Source: Phaeosaccion multiseriatum (lineage: Eukaryota; Protista; Ochrophyta, other classes). From it: 64,000 nt of DNA. The notes below the pieces were generated by a model. That model was not told the origin of the DNA. It did no database searches and saw only the letters and a program-made list of their open reading frames with translations. Position 1 is the first letter of the stretch, and every line of letters starts with the position of its first letter. The stretch is taken from assembly GCA_965112735.1 (NCBI GenBank), contig OZ218960.1, positions 1,674,001-1,738,000 of the forward strand, given 5' to 3'. Position numbers and translations under genes: made by a program. Shown here one piece after another: positions 13,149 to 24,171 of this stretch.

Positions 13149-13830
13149 TTGCCCCACCAACAGGTCAGGATGCTGACGGCCGCCCCGACCTTGCGCTCCC
13201 AGAGCTCGCGATCTTAAATACGGTGTTGTTTTGACCCCGTCGCAGTCTCAATGGGTTGCTCCGGTGCTGGGACGGCGCCCGCTCCTGCAGTGCCGTGTGG
13301 CACCTGGGGCCTAAGCCTAACTAAAACTGCACTACTCCGCTAGCTACAATACTTGCCCCCACCAACAGGTCAGGATGCTGACGCGCCGTCTCCCCGCATC
13401 CCGGTGTGTGTGTGTGCGGGGACGGCGCCCGCTCCTGCAGTGCCGTGTGGCACCTGTGTGAGTGGGTGTGTGGGGGGGCTAATAGCCTACACTACTCCGC
13501 TACAATACATGATGCAGACGGCCGCGCTTGCTTGACGACCTGGGGGGTGGATTGCACGTGACAGCGGAGCACCGGATAAGTCAGTCGTCCGTCGTCTGTC
13601 GTCCGGCTCCGCAGGCAGCATGGCCTGGCGTGGCTGCGTGCTCTCGAATGCTACTACACACGACTCCAGCCACTCTTCCGATAGCTTCTTACCTCGTGGT
13701 CGGTGAAGGCGGCGGAGGGGGAGGAGGAGCCTAACGGCCGCACTTGACGACCTGGGGGGTGGATTGCACGTGACACAGTGGGGCACGGGATGAGTCAGTC
13801 GTCCGTCGTTTGTCGTGGGCAGCCTGCCCT
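13149..13830. repeat. Staggered direct duplications in the left subterminal region of the element
   Basis: CCACCAACAGGTCAGGATGCTGACG at ~13154 and ~13359; GGGACGGCGCCCGCTCCTGCAGTGCCGTGTGGCACCTG at ~13269 and ~13418; CTTGACGACCTGGGGGGTGGATTGCACGTGACA at ~13531 and ~13743. Confidence 0.85.
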
Positions 13831-14430
13831 CCGCCCGCAGCATGGCGTACACACACAGAGACAAAGTAGGACTACTAACCCCCGCCCCCCCCCCCGGCCT
13901 GCGTGCTGGAGTGCTACACACGACTCGAAGCTCACGACACGACAGGCAGACGACTGCCCCGGCTCCGCAGCGCTCACGACAGACTGCCCTCCGCCCGCAG
14001 CTCCGCATGGCGTAAATACACACACAGAGAGAGAGACAAGTAGGAATATTCACCCCACCCCCTCCCCGGCCTGCGTGCTGGAGTGCTACACACGACTCTA
14101 AGCTGCGGAGCTGCGGGCGGAGGGCAGTCTTGCTCCACAGCGCTCACGACAGACTGCCCTCCGCCCGCAGCTCCGCATGGCGTAAATACACACACAGAGA
14201 GAGACACAAGTAGGAATATTCACTCCACCCCCTCCCCGGCCTGCGTGCTGGAGTGCTACACACGACTCTAAGCTGCGGAGCTGCGGGCGGAGGGCAGTCT
14301 TGCTCCACAGCGCTCACGACAGACTGCCCTCCGCCCGCAGCTCCGCATGGCATAAATACACACACAGAGAGAGACACAAGTAGGAATATTCACCCCCTTC
14401 CCCGGCCTGCGTGCTGGAGTGCTACACTCA
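13824..14430. repeat. 170-bp tandem repeat (~3.5 units) containing a perfect 27-bp inverted repeat
   Basis: Near-identical units offset by 170 nt (ORFs 13974..14207 and 14144..14377 are near copies). Arms at 14104-14130 / 14151-14177 and 14274-14300 / 14321-14347. Confidence 0.9.
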
Positions 14431-14639
14431 TTCCCGTGGCTCACCTCGTGCTCCTCCTCCTCTCCTCCTTGTGAACTGAGTGGTGTGGGTGCATGCCCTC
14501 CCAACAAACTTCAAGGGTTCGAATTGAGAGGACGTGTTCACTTATTACGTAACGAAGTTAAGTAAGTAAGCAATTTCTTGATGGAAGAAGTAAGGCTCGG
14601 ACCCATGCGGGGAAAGGGTTACATGGAAGTAAACGAAAT

Positions 14640-17600
14640 AGATATTTTAGCCGGACACACATGCCGGTGTCCCTGGAGGAGAGAGGCGAAGACGAGGATA
14701 GTACAGTACATTTACAAGTACAGCGGAAGGCGAGGAGAAGAATGGCCCCTCCGACCTGCCCCCTCGCCTTCTGCGCCCCCCGCTTCTTCCACCTCCTGTC
14801 GTCTCCGCTGCCGTCGGGTGGGTAAAACGCACCCTCGCTGGAGTCAGACGAGCCAGGGCCGTCTTCGCTTCTTCGTTGCTCTCCCCCCCCCCCCCTGTCC
14901 TTGTCCGCTTGCCGCTCCCGCCGCTTGTACTTCTTTGCCGCTTTGGCACCGTTGCCCCCCTTCCCGGCCGCGTCCGCGAGTGCGACAGTGCATCTCCCTG
15001 GCCTTTCGCTGCTGCTGCTGCTGCTGCTGCCATTGCTGCCACTGCTACTGCTGCTGCTGCTGCCGATGCTGCCCATGCTGCGGCCGCATCGCCTTCCCCT
15101 GCCCCCTTTCTTCCTATGGCCAGGGCAGGGAAGGGTAGAGGTGCATGGGCAGGGCAGCGGGAAAGGCAAAGAAACAGGGCAGGGAGGGAGGGCAGAGGAT
15201 GAGGGAGAGGGAGAGGGGCAGAGGGAGAGGCACAAATCAAACTCACTCACCTTCTCACTAACTTACTCACTCGCTCACCATCTGACTTACGGCACTCCCT
15301 CCCTCCCTCTCTCATTGCGGAGTTACTCACCAAGGGGCGCAGGAGCGAGACTGCATGACACACGGTCGTGTGGAGACAGGGGGAATGGTCTGTGACAGCG
15401 AGCAGGTGTCCGGTGGGGACATGAGGCTACCTGTGTTGCTGTAACGCCAACAGGTGGTGCTCTCAGGGAGGGAGGGGGGGAGAGGGAGAGGAGGGAAAAG
15501 TTTTCCCTCAGTCACTCAGTCACTCACTCATCACCCACTCACGCACCCACCGACCCACCCAAGCACCCACTCAATCCGTCGCTCTCCTTGCCCCCCCCCC
15601 CCACGCCGTCGTTGTCCCCCAGGGCTCTTCCTCGGCGAAGCCGTCCCCCTCCTCCTCCGCTTGCCGAGCTCCCCTCCTCCTCCTCCTCCTCCTGCTCCAC
15701 GTGTGTGACCCTCCACCCCCTCCGCTGTAGTCATCATCATCATCATCGTCGTCGTCGTCGTACTCATCGCTCTGGCTACCCTCCAAGGACCTCTCCATTC
15801 GAAGTCATCGTCGAGGTAACGGTTGAGGTTTAGGTTTCCACTTCCCCCGCCCCTCCTATCACTGAGTCTCCTCTTCCCACCCTGCGGCTGCTGCCCCCCT
15901 GCTAGTAGAAGGGTCGCCCCCAACTCCTCCTCCTCCTCCTCCTCCGCCGCCGCCGCCGCCGCCGCCGCCGCCTGTGCCCTTCTCCTCCTCCACCGCGCAT
16001 GTTGCCCCCTCCTCCACTCCGCCCCTCCGTTCTCTTGGCCAAATAGCGCCCCGTCTCCGCATCCACCAAGTGAATCCTCACCATAGGCTTCACTATTCGC
16101 GAGTCCATTCCATGCGACTCAATTCCCCCGACCTTGAGCGTGATGACATCATTTGGGCCACATTGGGGTGGTGCGTGTCCACCTCCTCCACCTCGCCCAC
16201 CTCCTCCACCTCGTCCATTCTCCTGTGCCTCTCGCCTCCGCTAAAGCCACGGACAGACCCGTCTGCTTCTGTTCTTCCCCTTCCTCTCCTTTCTCTAGAT
16301 GAGCAGAGACTGCCATCACAGGTCCATTCCAGTGATGACGGTTGGGGTCGCAACCCCATTCTGGTGAATGGTCCTGTCCGCCACGAAAGGGGCAAAGACT
16401 TGATACGCGGCGTCGTCAAGCATTCACATGAGTGATTGCTGCTCGAAGGCTCTTCGTCTCTCGTTTAGGCTCTGCCCAGCTTGAGCCAAGGCCGACAGCG
16501 GTGAGCTGACGACACTGTACGGGAGGGAAGGGGAGGGGGAGGGACGAGAGGGAGGGAGGAATTGATGCATGGGCTCAGGTCACGACAAGAGCAAGACAAG
16601 CAGCAACAGCAGCCGGTGGTGATACAGCAGGAGAGTAATCACAGATGACAGCAAACACACGCACCTATCGAGCAGGAGAGTGGATAGCCCAACACGGCCT
16701 GCCGCCCCCCCCCAGGGGTGGAGGCATGGGTACCGTCGCTCGCCGTCGTTCTTCTCGTCCTGCCCGTGCTGCTACTACGACTGGCGCGGCTGTGGCTGCT
16801 CCTGCTGTGCCTACTGCTTGTGCTTTTCCTCTTGCTGCCTCCTGCATCACCGTCTTCGTCGTTTACGTTTCCGCCCCCGCCCCCCTCTTCGTCACCCCCT
16901 CGCCGAATGGGCTTTCCCTAAGCATCGACTTGCTCGCCCTGATGGTCTGAGTCGTCGGAGCTCACCGCGGAACAATCCGACGAGGAGCTGTCGGACTGCA
17001 AGGGGCGGAGGCCCCCCGCCTTGCTCTGGACACACAGGACAGAGAGGGAGGGGAGGGGAGGGGAGGAGGGGAGGGAGGGAAAGAGGGCGGGGGGGGGGGG
17101 AGGGGAGGGAAAGAGGAAGGGAAGGGGCGAGGAAAGACAGATGGCTCGGGAGGTAAGTAAGCACGGAAGGGATGGAAGGGAGCGACCTCCACTTTTGCGC
17201 ACTCTGCTCTTCCCAGCCTTTGTCCCAGCTATCCTAACCACCGCCGTCTGGATAGCTTCTTCCCGGGCACTTTACCTCCCTCCCTCCGTCTCTCTTACCT
17301 TTGTCTTCTTAAGCACTATTTGCTTCCCTGCAAGGAGGCGCGAGCGCAGGCCTACCCGGGCTTTCGAGTCGCCTCACCACGGTGCCCCCCCCCCCCCCGG
17401 CCCACTCTCCTCCGCTGCAGAAGCACCACTGTCCAGGGTAGCCTCGGTGAGCTGAGCAGCGCTCGTGTGTGAGTCGTCGTCGGAGACGCCCTCCACCCCC
17501 TCCCCGCCCAGTCTCGCTCTGCTCCTACTGCCTGCCCCTACTCCTACTGCGACTGGGGCTGCGACTGCTCCTGTTGCTGCTTGTCCTCTTCATGGTACTG

Positions 17601-18460
17601 GTGTGGCTATTGTTGCCATTGCCACTGCTCTGACGGCCGCGGCCGCCGGACATGTTCCCTCGAAGGAAGCCTCTACCCTTGCTGAGAAGGGAGGTCTTAC
17701 GTCTTGTACGGAGTGTGATGGGCATCGTCTTCGTGGGCTTCGCGGTCGTCGTCGTGGTCGTTCCAGCCGCCTCTACCACGCCCCCCTGCACGTGTTGGCC
17801 ATTCGAGGGCGGAGGAAATGAGAACGAGGGCACATGAAAAGGGAAAGAGAGCTAGGGCCCTGCTTTCACACATCACACAGTGAAGAAAGGCGGCAGGTGG
17901 GAATACGCCTCCGTCCCCCACCCTCGCGGTGACTGTGACTTTCGCCTGCCTGCTCCAAGGTTGAAGCTCACTTCGGGGCATCCGTCGGAGGTAGCGGGTC
18001 GGTAAGTAGCCCCCATGTGTGTTCGAGGGTGGACGACATACAGAAAGCACTTCAATGCCTCGGCTTACTCGTTGCGCGCTCTCCTCCGCGCCTTGGACGA
18101 TGAGACCCTCCCCTGCAAGCTCTTCTCGTCGTCCTCGTCATCCTCCTTTATGCTCTGATACTGGCGGTCGTTGCTGCCTTCAGAGGCGTCCTCGGACGAC
18201 TCCAGCGACACTTCCCCCATCCTCCTCCTTGGCCCCTTCTGCTACAGCTTGGGCTTGAGAGCGGCTGGAGTCGGCTGCGCTTCAGAGCCACCATCCTCAA
18301 TGGAGAGAGGGGGCACGACCTTGCCAGCGTCATCTGCAGGTGGAACGTGCTCGAGACTGCTCGTCCTGCTGGTGGGCCTGGTGCCTCTTGCCGTAGCACC
18401 CTCCGCCTCGTCCAGAGCAGGTCCAGTCTCTCTTTCTTTTGATGATCGATGATCTGGATC
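14640..18460 (-). pseudogene. Captured, intron-containing pseudogene fragments, including a jouberin (AHI1)-like C2-domain N-terminal part
   Basis: DVITLKVGGIESHGMDSRIVKPMVRIHLVDAETGRYLAK (16150-16034) and TIPPVSTRPCVMQSRSCAPW (15389-15331, followed by GTGAGT) resemble AHI1 HPMVKIHVVDEHTGQYVKK and YILPIMTQP..K....PEW from memory. Several GT-AG-bounded exons. In-frame stops at 18242, 16918, 16424, 16316, 16295 and 16241. Confidence 0.6.
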
Positions 18461-18535
18461 TGCGGTGGAGAAAAAATATGTCAATGACCGTTTCGTTTTT
18501 TTTTTTTAACTTGTACCGCCCTCCGGACGGGCGAG

Positions 18536-20133
18536 ATGGATGGCCGTCCGGGAAACGTGCTGAGGACCATGACCATGATGAGGCGCCTCATCCCTGTCTT
18601 GTGTGATGATACCAACGTCGGCCTCTCGTTGAGGATTCCGTCAGCAGCGGAGGTGTGTTGCTGCAATGGGTTGCTCACTTGGCTGGTGCACCTGGGCACA
18701 ATAAAGGTTTCGATGGCCACCGCCTTCGAAGACCTGGCGAAATTAGCGGAACACCACTCCTTCCTGTGACGCTGGAGCGCTTCATGTTGACTTCATCTGG
18801 CAGCATGTGAGGCCCTTCAAGCAAGGCTGACAGAGCAACTGTGAGTAGGCCGAGGGCCTTTTTTCGAGTTGATGTGTGCAGTGCGCTGCTTTGGACTGCG
18901 TGCGTGGACGTGGGCGCGCGTAACCCCGTATCGATTCCTTTTTCATCTGCTCTCCTCACTCCTGTCGTTGCTCACTGTGAATCCTCCTGCCCACGCCGCT
19001 CTCCGCCAGCCCTCGGGCAGCACCTGGGACAGTCAGGTGGACCTTCCGCATCTCCTGGACGAATTCGAACAGGCCGCATTGGTGATGGCAAAGGACTACC
19101 TCTTCAAGCCAGAGTATTGTCCTTGACGATGAGGTGAACGCATGTCGGGGACCGTAAAATGAAGGCGGCGAGGGAAGCAGGGAGGGCCGCTGCAACGACG
19201 CGCTCGCCCACAGTATTTTCCGCATGTACCTCGCCGTCAGGTTAGTGTATGTGGGTACCTTTGTGTGCGGAAGGCGCACTCGGTAGAGGCGGTCACTGAG
19301 GAAAAGGGGGGGGGAGGGGCTGAGTGACACAAGAAGGGGAGGGGGGGAGCGGAGTTTTTGTGGGCGCCGTGTCCTTTGCCCGAGTGTTCCGACTCCATAC
19401 ACCCTCCGACTCTCGTCCCATCGGTTGGGAGAGGACCAAGATCGGCGCGTAGCCGTGCTTGCTGACTGACAGGCTGCTGCCGGCCGTTGTGGGTGGTGGA
19501 GACCTGGAGCGAGTGCTCTTCTGCCTTGACCGTTGCGTCTTCAAGACCCTCTGCGAGAAGAAGAGCGCGGGGATCATCACCATCGGCGGGAAGAATCTCC
19601 GTGCCCACCCCCTCGTCGGCGCGTCTGCCGTGAGTGCAATGAGAGCTGCGTGTTGCCCAAAACAGGCCTTTGTGGTCGACGACTATCCACAACATGGCTC
19701 CAACGTCGTAGACAGCGCGGCGGCGAGGTGGTCGCCTGTGGGCGTGACCCAGAAGTGGAAGAAAGGAGAGACCAAGCACTTACGGTTCCTTCTCCGCTTG
19801 CCGCCAGGCGAGCAGTCACCGGAGGCACTCAACACTTGGGCTGCCGTCTAGCTCACGGAGGGTGAGGTGCAAGAACACGTCGTGATACTTCCCCCTGTTA
19901 GGGCTGGACGAACAGCCAGCCTGTACCGCCGCTCTTGCGAGACGAATTCAAATATGGCCCATCTCGCCCGGATTCGACTTTTCTTGGTACTTCCTGTGAA
20001 TTTCCAGGGTGGTGTGCCCCGGAAATTTTGGTACAGATTTGAGCACACATCTGGGAGCATATGGAACTGTTTTCGGTTTTCGGTAGCTATCACAGTCCGC
20101 CAAAACAAAGCATACACGTCTGCCTCGCCCTGA
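18536..20133 (+). pseudogene. Degenerate, internally deleted DDE/DDD transposase, divergent piggyBac-like
   Basis: Conceptual translation across frameshifts, stops and probable introns (donors at 18841 and 19241): TWDSQVDLPHLLDEFEQAALVMAKDYLFKP / IVLDDE (19116-19133) / EGRCNDALAHSIFRMYLAVR / VLFCLDR (D at 19528) / HPLVG / FVVDDYP. Stops at 19155, 19450 and 19849. The third catalytic acidic residue and a Cys-rich tail were not found. Confidence 0.55.
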
Positions 20134-20652
20134 CTCCCATCCACCCCGATGGATTCCCGATAATCCCACCAGTCCCCCCGGGCCGGGCGGGTGGGGAAGC
20201 TTAGGCTGTCGCTGCCAGCCCTTTCCGCGCGGTGAACTGCTGGGCTGCCCCTTTGCTGTCCTTACCGCGCTGAGCTCTTCGGCACTTGCTACAACTCTTG
20301 GGACGCTGAACTCGCGTCGCCTCCTCTTTCCACAGTAGTGGTTGCTTAGGGCTGACTCCTTGTACCCCTCGATACCCCGGCGGGGTGAGCCTCGTACGTA
20401 GGCCTTTGGGCCTTTGCGTCAGTCGACACGCATGCCCCTGCCTCCTAAGCGTCCGTTTTCTCTTTCCAGCTGTCGACATTGTACACTTCCTTCCCTGCTC
20501 GAGAAAGGTAGTTTTTCGATACCATCGGCTCATAAACTCGCTCTACTCGACCTTTTACCTTTTGCCTTTTTTAGCACAAAAAAAAATGAAAAAACACGAT
20601 AAGAACGGCCCTTAAAGTGTAAACCGCAAACAGAGGAGGGGGGCAAGGGTAA

Positions 20653-20666
20653 TTATATATATATAG
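20653..20666 (+). promoter_or_regulatory. TATA-like (TA)n element ~85 nt upstream of the legumain ATG
   Basis: TTATATATATATAG in otherwise GC-rich DNA, between the transposon end (20611) and ATG 20747. Positional inference only. Confidence 0.3.
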
Positions 20667-20746
20667 TAAGAAGTACATCCAACCCATACGAGACCGGCAG
20701 GAGCAGGAGAGCTCCAGGGAAAGACGGAAAGGGTTGCGGGTTGAGG

Positions 20747-23700
20747 ATGAAGGCCTCTTGTAGAGGAGGTGCTGGCGCCGCCCTGCTCCTGTCTTCGCTC
20801 GTTGCCAGTCCAGCCTTCGCGAAGCCTACCCTTGAGGCTCATGGGGGGGAGAATTGGGCAGTTGTAGTGAGCGGGAGCGGCGGCTTTGCGAACTATCGCC
20901 ACCAGGTCGGTGAAAACCTGAGAGAGAAAATTAATGCGGCACGCTCTTCCATGACGCATGTCCCACTCTACTTGCACCCCCCCAACTCCTCCTCCTTTCC
21001 TCTTCTATTTCTTGTCACCTTGCATTCCCAGGCCGATGTTTGCCACGCGTATCATATTCTCCGACGCAACGGTATGTTTTAAAGCCAAGGTTACCGAAGC
21101 AAATCACCACCCTTTGTTTCGCTCTACCGGGGGTCGCGAAGGAGGAACAGGCAGACAAGTGCAATGCTGGTGCTGTACCACCAACTGCTGCTCCTCCTAC
21201 TCCTGCTACTGCTTCCTCACTTTCTCTTGTCCATCCTCCTCCGACCTTGCTTCGATCCACCCACTAACAACCTCCCCCCCCCCCCCCATGAACCTCGCTC
21301 AGGCCTCAGTGAGGAGCGGATCATTTTGATGAGCATCGACGACGCCGCGCACAACGAGTTCAATCCTGTTCCGGGCACCCTGTTTAACAAGCCTACTAAG
21401 CAGGGCATCCCCGGGTGGGTACGAGGAGGGGTTGTGTAGTGCGAGGAGGGGTTGGTTTGTGTTTTGTTATCCTACGAAGTATCATGTTTGTTGCTATCTG
21501 CTGCCATCCCCTTCCCTCTCCCCTCCCCGGTCCAATGTGCGGTTCGATGTATCGAGTGTGTTATGGCTGCCCCTCTCCTTCTGACGTCCTTCGTTCCTAC
21601 CGTAGCGTTATTTTTTTTTTTTTTTTTTTCTCTCCTTCTGACTGCCTCACTGACTCAGTGACTCACTCACTCACTGACTGACTGCCCCTCAGCCTGACTG
21701 ACTGACTGACTGACTGACTGGCTGACTCACTGACTGACTGACCGACTCACTCACTCACTCACTCACTCACTCCCTGACTGACTGACTGACTGACTGACTG
21801 ACTGACTTGACAAACTGACGTGACAAACTGACTTGACTGACTGACTGACTCATTGAATGACTGACTGACTGACTGACTGAGACTGACTGACTGACTGACT
21901 GCTGACTGACTGACTGACTGACTGACTGACTGACTGACTGACTGACTGACTGACTGAATCATTGACTGACTGACTGACTGACTGACTCATCGACTGACTG
22001 AATGATTGACCGACTGACTAACTGACTTGACTGAGTGACTGACTGACTGACGGACTCCCTGACTCACTGATTAAATAACTGACTTACCATCAGATACAAT
22101 GTGTACGAGGGCTGTGAGGAGAACATCGACTATCGAGGAGACGATGTAACGGCGGGTAAGTATAGCAGTGGGCGAGCGAGGGAGGGAGGGAGGGAGGGAG
22201 GACGGTATCTCCACTCTCGCCCCTTAGCCCCTCACTCACTCACCCACCCCCTCCCTCCCTCCCTCGCTCACCCACGCACTCATTTGCCAGAAAATTTCCT
22301 TGCCGTTCTACGGGGAGACGAAGAGACAACAGAAGGGAAGCCCGTCCTTCGGAGCGGACCAGACGATAGGTGGGTAGGTACATCACTGCCGCTTGCTCAC
22401 TTGCTCACTCACTTGCTCACTTGCTCACTCACTCACTCACTCACTCACTGGCCCACTACTCATTCGCTTGCTCACTCACTTTCCTCCACCTCCCCCCCCC
22501 CCTCCTCCTCCTCCTCCTCCTCCTCCCACCCCCAGAGTGTTTATATACTTTGCTGACCACGGTGCCCCTGGCCTCATCGCCATGCCGAGCGGGAGTCCCG
22601 TGTATGCTCAGGACCTGCTTGAGGCCCTTGAGTACATGGAGGAAGAGGCCACATATAGAGACCTTGTGTTCTATCTAGAGGCCTGCGAGTCAGGTGAATG
22701 GGTGGGGTGTATAGGGACCATTCAGGACAGAAGGGGGGGGGTGTCAGGACTTGGGGGGTGGGGGGTGTCAGGACAGAGGATGGTTGGATGTAAGGATAAA
22801 GGGTGGGTTTGGTGGGTGTCAGGACATCGGGACCCCCCCACCACCACCAACACTCACTACCACCATCACTACAGTATCTATTCATCCATCCTCCACCCGC
22901 CCCTTCTGGCCCCTTCTGGGTACTAAAACCTCTCCTTCCGAGCACTACCATAACCATCCCTTCCGGGTCCTTCACGTGCTTGCCCCCCCCCCCCCCCCTG
23001 CAGGGAGCATGTTCGAAGGCCTGCTACCGAACACCACACATGTCTTCGCCACCACAGCCGCCAACCCTTCCGAGAGCAGCTTCGGTACTTACTGCGGGGC
23101 CGACGCCACCGTGGATGGGGTGGACATCGGCTCTTGTCTAGGGGATCTATATAGGTTGGTGATCCATGTATCAATAGATGGAATACATCAGTATATGTGT
23201 GTATGGGTGGGGGTGGGGCAATGGGGGTGGATGGGGCGAGCAAGAAGGCAAGTCTTGTTTGCTTTACTCAGTGCGTTCCCTCTCCCCTCTCAACCCCACC
23301 CCCCCTCCCCCTTGTCTCTCCTATCTCCCCTCTCCGCCCTCTGCTCTTCCCACTCCGCATGGGGCAAATGACACCATATATTGCCATCTGTATGATGCCA
23401 TGTATTGCCCATCTTATGTGGGCATTGCAGCGTGTCTTGGATGGAGGATGCGGACCAGCCCGACAGATTCCATTTCGAGAGGTACGTAAGTAGGCACTCA
23501 AGGGGCTTTGGAAGCATGTCCAAGTTCCCCACACTGACTTCTTATTAGAATGCGTCTGTCCGTCTGTCCGTCCGTCCTTCCTTTGCCTTAGCTCATCCCT
23601 CCCTGGAGTTCCTCTGCTTTACCCCTCCCTCCTGTGCTTTACCTCTACCTCCTCTGCCTTATCTCAAGCGTCCGTCCCTACCATCTGCTCTCCCTCTTCT

Positions 23701-24133
23701 CTTCCCTCTTGTCAGTCTGGAGCAGCAGTTCGAGTACCTGGTGTCAACCACCTCCATGAGCCACGTGCAGAGGTACGTAATCTTGCGTACTTATACAAGT
23801 TTTTCTTCTCGCGTATGTTTATAATCTTTTTTATTCTCGTGCTGACTGCTGTATCACCAACTGACCCATGCTTGATAAGGTATGGCGACTTGTCGCTCGG
23901 CCCTTCTCCGATAGCCGTGTTCCTCGGCGAGAAGGACTTTCCGGGCTTTGCTTCAGGTCAGTCAAGGCAGTCAGGCACTCAAAAGGCAGTCAGTAAGGCA
24001 GTCACTCAGTCAGTCAGTCAGATAGTCAACATAGTCGCCTATCTCTCTATCTCTCCTTCGCTCTCTCTCTCACACACACATCACTGCTCTCCACCCCCGT
24101 GCTGTGCAGAGACAAACACCGTAACCTACAACA

Positions 24134-24171
<38 letters not shown>

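Larger units (their letters stand above)
12953..20611. mobile_element. Non-autonomous/decayed DNA transposon (~7.66 kb) with 18-bp imperfect TIRs, carrying host-gene fragments
   Basis: Left end GGCCCATTCTTATCGTGT (12953-12970); reverse complement of the right end GGGCCGTTCTTATCGTGT (20611-20594); 16/18 identical. Right flank is TTAA, left flank AATA. The interior holds tandem repeats, pseudogenised exons and a transposase remnant. Confidence 0.65.

Noticed and set aside
13824-14430. Possible CRISPR-like array
   Set aside because: Units are near-identical along their full length, with no unique spacers and no cas genes; the context is eukaryotic.
18506-18509. TTAA before the transposase as the left end of a nested piggyBac ending at TTAA 20612
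   Set aside because: I found no inverted match between the sequence after 18509 and that before 20612; the right end instead matches 12953.
16241-19851. TAG reassigned to Gln (alternative genetic code)
   Set aside because: Intact genes here end in TAG (polyubiquitin, mS23-like, NDUFA7-like), and the same regions also contain TGA/TAA stops and frameshifts, so decay is the better explanation.
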